Positions 1 to 6,238 of a stretch of DNA of 13,974 nt are shown here, piece by piece. Within the stretch, counting starts at the first letter, position 1; each line of letters opens with the position of its first letter. Source of the DNA: Candidatus Thorarchaeota archaeon. Lineage in GTDB: Archaea; Asgardarchaeota; Thorarchaeia; Thorarchaeales; Thorarchaeaceae. Where the stretch lies: the NCBI GenBank assembly GCA_048882385.1, contig JBHLRQ010000024.1, forward strand, positions 1 through 13,974. Reading direction: 5' to 3'. A program made the position numbers and the translations under genes. Below the pieces are notes generated by a model. It was given only the letters and a program-made list of their open reading frames with translations, had not been told where the DNA came from and searched no databases.

Positions 1-962
1 AGATTCATGATTAGTGTGACTAGCATTGACCAACTAACAATGCTCAATCCGAAACCATGAACCGACGATAATACTCCACTCCTTGTGGTCCATGTTGCAA
101 AAATTACAGTGATGTAAGCCATAACAAGAAATGAATCTCGAATTATGTCATTGTTTCTGAGTGTTGGTTTCGCGTGATAGTAGGCTGTTATTAGCAACCA
201 AGGAATAAGGGAAGTTGTTTCGACAGGGTCCCAAGCCCAATAGCCTCCCCAACCAAGGACTAAATACGCCCAATAACCTCCAATTGCTATGCCAGCGGAC
301 AACATTATCCATGCTGCCGCTGTTGTCAGACGTGTGTATGCGTTCACCACTGGGATGGGATCCTGATTGCGTTCTTCAGATCTCATTGTGAATCCAGCTA
401 GCATCACTGCAAATGGTACGAGCGTTAGTGCATATCCAATGAAAATGATTGGTGGATGGATGACATTCCAAATAGTTGAAAGTAATGGATTCAAACCTAG
501 ACCATTAGTTCGCACAAGTTCTGTAGTGACTCGGAATGGATCCGTAAGCAATGTATTTACTGCTATAAGAATTGACTCTATGACCATGATTATTGCTGCT
601 CTATAGACAAGCTTGTCATCCTCATATCCCCGAGACACAATTCGGAAACCAAAATATAATCCAAATGACAAAAATGTCCAAAAAACAAGAGACCCAGACT
701 GTCCAGCCCAGAGGGCGGATATCTTTAACAATAAATCTGCACCGATTTCAGTTGTTTGATAGACATAATCATACTGAAATTGATTACTAAAGATCAAAAA
801 ACCAAGCCAAATTATCGCTCCAAGTGAAAGCAAGAAACTAACTACAGAAGCAATGAATGAATAGTTTTCATAATCCTTTATTCTTGGTCCAAGTATTAGA
901 ATAATGGCATCAAGAAGGCCAAGGATTACAATTGCAATCAAAAGAATTGTACCAATATCCAT
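1..962 (-). CDS. ccmF: Cytochrome c biogenesis protein CcmF (System I heme lyase), N-terminal ~320 aa, 3' end outside window
   Basis: Translated by hand (not in ORF track). ATG at 962-960 follows GGAGA RBS (975-971); starts MDIGTILLIAIVILG. Contains CcmF motifs KISALWAGQSGSLVFW, GLGLNPLLSTIWNVIHPPIIFIGY, WGGYWAWDPVETTSLIPWL (WWD domain, 251-216) and TTRSGVLSSVHGF; multiple hydrophobic helices. Confidence 0.95.
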   Translation of the reverse strand, partial: MDIGTILLIAIVILGLLDAIILILGPRIKDYENYSFIASVVSFLLSLGAIIWLGFLIFSNQFQYDYVYQTTEIGADLLLKISALWAGQSGSLVFWTFLSFGLYFGFRIVSRGYEDDKLVYRAAIIMVIESILIAVNTLLTDPFRVTTELVRTNGLGLNPLLSTIWNVIHPPIIFIGYALTLVPFAVMLAGFTMRSEERNQDPIPVVNAYTRLTTAAAWIMLSAGIAIGGYWAYLVLGWGGYWAWDPVETTSLIPWLLITAYYHAKPTLRNNDIIRDSFLVMAYITVIFATWTTRSGVLSSVHGFGLSIVSWSMLVTLIMN

Positions 963-984
963 CTTTAATTTCTCCTATGTATGT

Positions 985-3156
985 TTAATCTCTCCTCCTA
1001 GGCCCGCGACTTCTTGCACGTTTTCGCGCAGCTTTCTTCCCCGCACGTTGCGTTTCTCCACGATCCCTCCTACGCATCCTTGCATAGGCATAGCCCACAC
1101 CTGGTGCAGCTACCAGTCCCACAGTCGCAACTACCTGGAAGACTGTAAATGGTGTGATATTGAATTCAGGTCCAAGTATAGTTAGACTATAGTATCTACT
1201 CTCTCCTACATTACCAGACTCATCCATAACGAGACTGAAAAATGAAATCTGATCTCCCTCGTTGAATTGTCCTAATACATATCGCCAGATTATTCTGTCA
1301 TTTTCCACTCCAATAGGCGTCATATTAACTGCAGTATATACACCTGCATTCAATCTCCACCAAAGCTCACAAGAATTAGTGTGGCTATGAATGGGAAATT
1401 CAAATGTTTCCATATCTATTATAATCTCATCGCCAATCCTTATCGGACCAGCGGGATAGATTGCATGAAGTTCAGCAGTGGGAGGGAAGATATCTGTACG
1501 TACAATGAAGTAGTATGAGCCAGCTACGAAAGTCCGACCTGTTGTGTCATTAGCCACAACATCAAAATTCACTTGAGTGCCATCTTCAAAATAACTCAGC
1601 GAATTGTTGAACCTTCCTCCCACTTGGGGATTAGGCATTAATGGAAGGATACCTAGTGTGTCATTGTCTTCAAGGCTCGCTGTATAGTTGACATATACAT
1701 AATCAACACCATCATCATCTAGTACTGTAGCTGCGAAATAGATAATGTCTTGAGGACGCGGATCTGTAGGAGAGATCCTCACTTGAGTCACAATAGGCAA
1801 ACCATAAGCCCACGCACGCTCCAAACTAATTATTGCTAGGCCTTGCACTGTAGTATAATGCATTCTCCATTCGTCGCTGAGAACAACCCATTCTTGGTTG
1901 CCATTACTCACAAAGCCCTCAGAAGTAAAATCCCATAGTTTCCCCAAGATCAACTCAAAGGTGTCAATCACCATTCTAATAGGATATATTGAGTCGGTTA
2001 TGTCATACAAATCCTCCAGAGCCAGAGTCATCTGCATCTGAATCTCAGAATATTTGTAAAATTTCACATCTTCATCGTCAAGAGGATCATATGGTTGGCC
2101 ATCAACTACTTCTGCATACCAACCCCCAAAATCTTCATCCCAGTTATTTGAAAAAAGTGTTTCAAAGACTTCGTTTGCCACAGCTAAATAAGTTGTGTTC
2201 CCAGTCGCTACATATCCTTTAACTAGTGCTCTAATAGCCATGGCGTTGAGGTCAGTGACAACTGAATGCGCAACCCTATCGCCTTGTGGCACACTGACTG
2301 TTGAACCAGAACGGGTTACTGCCAGCTTCAGACCTCTGAATTCCATATCATAATAATACTTCATATGTGAAAGCATGAATGAAATTGCACTATCTGCTAT
2401 ACTCAGTAGGGTTGTATTCCCGGTCGACAAACCAGCATCGTAAAGCACGTTTGCACCAAGAACTAGATGATCCAACCTCTTCCCGTCATTAGGGTAAATT
2501 TCATCGAAATATGTAGGCACATTGAGTGACCCGTTCCGCATAGTGTAAAAATGGAATCCTCCATAGATTGGATCGTAGAGCATATCCGTCAAACATCTCA
2601 GCGCACTCTCCTTCTCTATTGTGAAATCAAGAGACGTATTGGTGGATTCTGCAATTTCAAGGGCCCAGTATGCGTAGGCTTGAACTCCGGGTCGTTTAGT
2701 TTCTCGAATTTCTACACCGGAAAAATAATTCACATAGAATCCGGGATATACTGGGTCCATTAAAGAATTCACCATTTCTGTTGCCGCTCTACTCATGGCA
2801 ATCTTGAATGTTTCATTGTTTGAAATAGAATAAGCAGTTGACAAAGCTGATATAGCCCAGTAATAGCTAGATAAAGCAGTGGTAGCAATATATGCTGATA
2901 AATCATGAGTAACTGAATGAAAAACTTCTCCTGATGCAAGATTCATGTGCTTTGCTACCAGTAAATCAGCTGTTGCTTCCACATAATCGATATACGAAGA
3001 AATATTGTATTCAAGTTCCTGTGATAGGAGAGGTATCTTTGTATTCTCTACACTATCTATTGTATACTCCGGAGTAACAGTGATGTTTGCACCCAGAGTC
3101 AGTACATTAAACATCACAAGGGCAAATATTGCAGTGAAGATGATTTTTTGTTTCAT
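985..3156 (-). CDS. Exported, C-terminally membrane-anchored protein: six-hairpin (alpha/alpha)6 barrel (AGE-epimerase/YyaL/GH76-like) plus two Ig-like beta domains
   Basis: 723-aa ORF. Signal peptide MKQKIIFTAIFALVMFNVLTLGA. Four repeats of the barrel loop motif (MDPVYPGF, YDPIYGGF, WDEDFGGW, WDFTSEGF) and two 'TGNTT.L..A' helices. Beta-rich C-terminal half, then TM helix (VFQVVATVGLVAAPGVGYAYA) and Arg/Lys tail. At least 13 N-x-S/T sequons. Family assignment is from motif recognition only. Confidence 0.7.
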   Translation of the reverse strand: MKQKIIFTAIFALVMFNVLTLGANITVTPEYTIDSVENTKIPLLSQELEYNISSYIDYVEATADLLVAKHMNLASGEVFHSVTHDLSAYIATTALSSYYWAISALSTAYSISNNETFKIAMSRAATEMVNSLMDPVYPGFYVNYFSGVEIRETKRPGVQAYAYWALEIAESTNTSLDFTIEKESALRCLTDMLYDPIYGGFHFYTMRNGSLNVPTYFDEIYPNDGKRLDHLVLGANVLYDAGLSTGNTTLLSIADSAISFMLSHMKYYYDMEFRGLKLAVTRSGSTVSVPQGDRVAHSVVTDLNAMAIRALVKGYVATGNTTYLAVANEVFETLFSNNWDEDFGGWYAEVVDGQPYDPLDDEDVKFYKYSEIQMQMTLALEDLYDITDSIYPIRMVIDTFELILGKLWDFTSEGFVSNGNQEWVVLSDEWRMHYTTVQGLAIISLERAWAYGLPIVTQVRISPTDPRPQDIIYFAATVLDDDGVDYVYVNYTASLEDNDTLGILPLMPNPQVGGRFNNSLSYFEDGTQVNFDVVANDTTGRTFVAGSYYFIVRTDIFPPTAELHAIYPAGPIRIGDEIIIDMETFEFPIHSHTNSCELWWRLNAGVYTAVNMTPIGVENDRIIWRYVLGQFNEGDQISFFSLVMDESGNVGESRYYSLTILGPEFNITPFTVFQVVATVGLVAAPGVGYAYARMRRRDRGETQRAGKKAARKRARSRGPRRRD

Positions 3157-3200
3157 AGTCTTTGATTCCTAACGGATTGTCTCGTGCGGATTTGCACTTC

Positions 3201-3216
3201 GTTTTTAAAATTCAGG
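3201..3216 (-). promoter_or_regulatory. Putative archaeal TATA box (TTTTAAAA) for the 723-aa gene/ccmF unit
   Basis: Minus strand reads CCTGAATTTTAAAAAC, about 45-55 nt upstream of ATG 3156 and downstream of the hairpin terminator of the preceding gene. Confidence 0.4.
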
Positions 3217-3245
3217 TTGTGGCTGTGTTGGACTTGTATGAGCTG

Positions 3246-3287
3246 AAAGAAAAAGGGTTCCAGATGCCGAAGCACCTGGTATTACCC
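3246..3287 (-). terminator. Hairpin + U-tract terminator downstream of the multiheme cytochrome gene
   Basis: Minus strand: GGGT-aata-CCAGGTGC-TTCG-GCATCTGG-a-ACCC-TTTTTCTTT. 8-bp stem (one G.U), C(UUCG)G tetraloop, outer 4-bp stem and U-rich tail, starting 26 nt after the stop at 3314. Confidence 0.75.
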
Positions 3288-3313
3288 ATACGAATGTTTG
3301 TTTCTAGCAGCGC

Positions 3314-4669
3314 CTATCGACGTCTGCCAACCAAAACTCCTAGGAGTAGGCCAACAACAATACCACCTGCGGCTCCACCAACGACAATCAGAGTATCAAA
3401 ACCTCCAACTGGTGTAGGTGTGGTAGGCTCAGGCATATTCTCGTAGAAGTATGCCTTTGCGTCAAGTAGATCTCTGAATGCACCATTCAATGCATCAAAT
3501 GTTTCCATTGGATCATGGAATCCGGAAGAGCCATCATAACCATAATAGCCTACAGTGGTTGAAGCATCGTCAACTATTCCTAGTACATAATCGACTAGTT
3601 CATAGTCTGCGTCAGCTGTTGCATTGTATTCCATTACGATTGTTTCGAATGCATCTGCTTCAGTAGTGAAGTCTGTTACAAGTGCATCGAATGATGACTG
3701 AATCTCTTCCATTTGGGTTAGAGCCCAGTCTAGTTGTCCTTCATGGCACGCAGTTTGATTACAGGCATCCTCTGGTAGAACAGAGAATGTATGGTTCATC
3801 TCTGGTCCATGGTCACCTTCACGGAAACCATGGCAAGATGTACACTCAACAATGCCTGTCAGGTCGTGTGGACCACCTTTCCAGACATCATAGGTTCCAT
3901 GACGACTTCCTGTGTGACAAAGACCACAGAGTTCTGTGGCATTGACAGCGCGGATCATCGCTGGGTTCGCTATGTCTGCTGAATGGACAGAGTGACATGC
4001 TGGACAAGTTAGGGGATTGTATGGTCCTGCAGGATCTAGATCCGCATCTTGGTCGAGGAATCCCTCAACTGACATGCAGTGCATACATTCTGATCCTGCG
4101 TGGCTACTTCCTCTGAGATCTGTTAGTGAGTTGGCATGAGCCGATTCAGTCCAACCGTCCAAGCCGCCATGTCCTTCATGGATATGACAACTGGCACAAT
4201 TCGAACCATTAACTGAATAATACGGAGAAGTTGCATCGTGACACGTGAAACAATTGGTTCCAAATCCGTCATGTGTATTCGGCCAATCCGTAACATTACG
4301 TTCTGGAGTCCAACCGATTGCGTGACACTGTGCACAACTTGCATTGAATTCAGTCATAGTCCTATTTCTGTGACCGTTGACTGTGATAGTATCTGAGTCC
4401 GGATCATATTCAATCAGATAACCGGAGTGGGTTGTCTGATTCCAATATGTCCATTCTTCGTTATGACAGGTACCATCCAGACAGCCGTTCCCATATGATG
4501 GGTCGGCTAGTTCATGCGCTTCACGTACTCTATCACTGAATATAGTGATAGGTATTCCAGATCCAGTAGGTCCTAGGAGTATAGCGAAACCAATCAAGCA
4601 GAGGAACAGGTAGTACCCTGCCACCAACCGCTTATTGACCCCTGGGGTCTCGTCAGTGTAGTACACCAT
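3314..4669 (-). CDS. Membrane-anchored multiheme cytochrome c (up to 9 hemes; NrfA/HAO-superfamily-like C-terminal helical region)
   Basis: Motifs in order: CLDGTCH, CAQCH, CFTCH, CASCH, CMHCM, CPACH, CGLCH, CTSCH, CNQTACH. Then long helices ending in DGSSGFHDP, a PT-rich linker (PEPTTPTP), a TM helix and RRR. Start moved from the track's GTG 4768 to ATG 4669 (GGTGA RBS upstream; N-terminal hydrophobic signal/anchor follows), giving 451 aa. Confidence 0.92.
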   Translation of the reverse strand: MVYYTDETPGVNKRLVAGYYLFLCLIGFAILLGPTGSGIPITIFSDRVREAHELADPSYGNGCLDGTCHNEEWTYWNQTTHSGYLIEYDPDSDTITVNGHRNRTMTEFNASCAQCHAIGWTPERNVTDWPNTHDGFGTNCFTCHDATSPYYSVNGSNCASCHIHEGHGGLDGWTESAHANSLTDLRGSSHAGSECMHCMSVEGFLDQDADLDPAGPYNPLTCPACHSVHSADIANPAMIRAVNATELCGLCHTGSRHGTYDVWKGGPHDLTGIVECTSCHGFREGDHGPEMNHTFSVLPEDACNQTACHEGQLDWALTQMEEIQSSFDALVTDFTTEADAFETIVMEYNATADADYELVDYVLGIVDDASTTVGYYGYDGSSGFHDPMETFDALNGAFRDLLDAKAYFYENMPEPTTPTPVGGFDTLIVVGGAAGGIVVGLLLGVLVGRRR

Positions 4670-4754
4670 TGGTTTTTTCACCATATTCCCAAGATTTGGG
4701 TTTGTAATTTCCCCAAGGCCCTCAATAAAAATTTGTTGCCTCCAATGTGGTTGT

Positions 4755-4998
4755 GTGTTAGCTAACACTTACAATTTGAAATAATCTGGTTACGGAAGGT
4801 TCAGCATCACCTGTCTTTATCTCATTTCTCGTACAATAAATAACCAACTTGGTTACAAAGTTGCTTTACCACTATAGTTAACCCAGATATTTGTAACCGG
4901 TTGTTTTTTGGTATTGAACAAAGTCTTTCAATCCGTAACATTTTAAGCAAGGCCATTTCCACACCGGCTCAATTATCCGGAGATCTATCCGGGATAAT
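4755..4998. promoter_or_regulatory. Divergent promoter region with several palindromes/inverted repeats
   Basis: Perfect 14-bp palindrome GTGTTAGCTAACAC (4755-4768); TAACCAA-C-TTGGTTA (4841-4855); GGTTACAAA (4851-4859)/TTTGTAACC (4890-4898); ATTATCC (4972-4978)/GGATAAT (4992-4998). TATA-like TTTTAAG at 4941-4947 (+). Confidence 0.55.
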
Positions 4999-5028
4999 GC
5001 CGACAATGTATTGTAAGCGGTGGCCTTC

Positions 5029-6237
5029 ATGAAACGAAATGTCAAAATTGGCCTTGTTGTTTTAGCAGTAACCGTTTTGTTGGTGTTTGGCGCAGTCAAT
5101 GTTTTTGCCAACCGTGATGTCGAATCTAACTGTGGAGGGTGCCACAGTGATCCGACTGGCATCACGCTCACAATGGCATCATCAATTGATGTAGAACCTG
5201 GCGAAACCTTTCAGCTTGATGTGACAGCATCCGGGCTGTCACAGGATGTATTTGTTCTGCGTATACCCGACAATGTTGATGATAATGCAGATTTCACGAT
5301 ATTAGTCCCTAACAATCCGAGTGATCCAGGACTAGTAAGTGATAATGACGCAAACGACCAAAACTCAGCTGCAAATGCTGTTCAAACAAGCTATAGCATC
5401 ACAGCTCCGGCTTTTGTAGGTCAATTCACTCTGACTGTATTTGCAGTTCAGCATACACCTGCAGGAGCTAGTAGTTCAATCACTGTCAATGTTATTCAAA
5501 CTGGTGCGGGTCCAACTATCGGACAACCTCAGACATCCCCTGATGTTCCACTCGCAAATGAGGATTTTGAAGTTTCAGTTGAAATTTCTTCTAATGAAAC
5601 AATAACATATGTCATTCTCCAATACAGCTTGGACAATGGAACCAGCTGGGAAAACATCACAATGACAGAGTCTGATGGAGTATATGTTGGTATAATACCA
5701 GCCAGTGTAAATAGTGCAAACGATATAGAGGTTCTTTGGAGAATAGTCGCTGCTGATGCTACTGGAACCGAGAGGGTTAGTGCACCACTGTCATATGTTG
5801 TAGGACAGGTTCCAGTTGAACCAATAGAATTACCTCAGTACCATTATGGCTGGCTACTTGGTGCACCAGCACTAGCGCTTGCATATCTTGGAACAGCTCT
5901 CGAATACTACGACGAAGAGAGATTCACACGAGCTCATGGGATTATGCTAAGTCTCGCCTACATTCTAACAACGATCAATGTACTTAGTCTATTCACAGAA
6001 CCAGCTGGTGCCTGGACAGCTATGAATCCGGTATACTTGTTTGATTTGAGTAACATACTTTTGTTCATGCACTCATGGCACATATGGCTGGGAATAATAA
6101 GCATGATACTTGGATCGCTTGCATTTCTAACTCATCTTGGTGGTTGGAAAACATGTAATCTTGGACTGCCTGCGGTTGTCCTTTGGACAATTCTTGGGAT
6201 AATGGGAATCTATCTCGGAGAAACCTTTGTGATGTGA
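5029..6237 (+). CDS. Exported monoheme cytochrome c (beta-sandwich/Reeler-like) + Ig-like domain + C-terminal His-containing ~4-TM domain
   Basis: ATG 5029 (GGTGG RBS; track uses GTG 5020), 402 aa. Signal peptide MKRNVKIGLVVLAVTVLLVFGAVNVFA, then CGGCH 8 residues after the predicted cleavage site. Two beta-rich domains. C-terminal TM helices carry His in RAHG, MHSWH and THLGG. Confidence 0.8.
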   Translation: MKRNVKIGLVVLAVTVLLVFGAVNVFANRDVESNCGGCHSDPTGITLTMASSIDVEPGETFQLDVTASGLSQDVFVLRIPDNVDDNADFTILVPNNPSDPGLVSDNDANDQNSAANAVQTSYSITAPAFVGQFTLTVFAVQHTPAGASSSITVNVIQTGAGPTIGQPQTSPDVPLANEDFEVSVEISSNETITYVILQYSLDNGTSWENITMTESDGVYVGIIPASVNSANDIEVLWRIVAADATGTERVSAPLSYVVGQVPVEPIELPQYHYGWLLGAPALALAYLGTALEYYDEERFTRAHGIMLSLAYILTTINVLSLFTEPAGAWTAMNPVYLFDLSNILLFMHSWHIWLGIISMILGSLAFLTHLGGWKTCNLGLPAVVLWTILGIMGIYLGETFVM

Positions 6238-6238
6238 G

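Noticed and set aside
367-1185. Plus-strand ORFs 367..606, 593..790 and 904..1185
   Set aside because: Antisense shadows of ccmF and the 723-aa gene; no recognisable motifs.
1989-4344. Short ORFs 1989..2222, 2551..2763, 3162..3446, 3478..3666, 3682..3945, 3791..3982 (+) and 4123..4344 (-)
   Set aside because: They overlap well-supported long genes on the opposite strand or in another frame; 3162..3446 also runs across the terminator.
3314-4669. Naming the multiheme protein nrfA or hao
   Set aside because: No CxxCK motif, and heme count and spacing differ from pentaheme NrfA and octaheme HAO; only superfamily-level resemblance is supportable.
4757-4766. SurR-type GTTn3AAC site
   Set aside because: Spacing here is GTT-n4-AAC (and GTTAAC elsewhere), not n3.
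4670-4768. N-terminal extension of the multiheme ORF from GTG 4768
   Set aside because: No RBS, it overlaps the promoter palindrome, and it would put the hydrophobic signal about 50 aa from the start. ATG 4669 has a GGTGA RBS (ATG 4684 remains possible).
4878-5171. 97-aa minus-strand ORF with CLKC
   Set aside because: Antisense to the 5029 gene and covers the divergent promoter; CLKCY is not a heme motif and there is no signal peptide.
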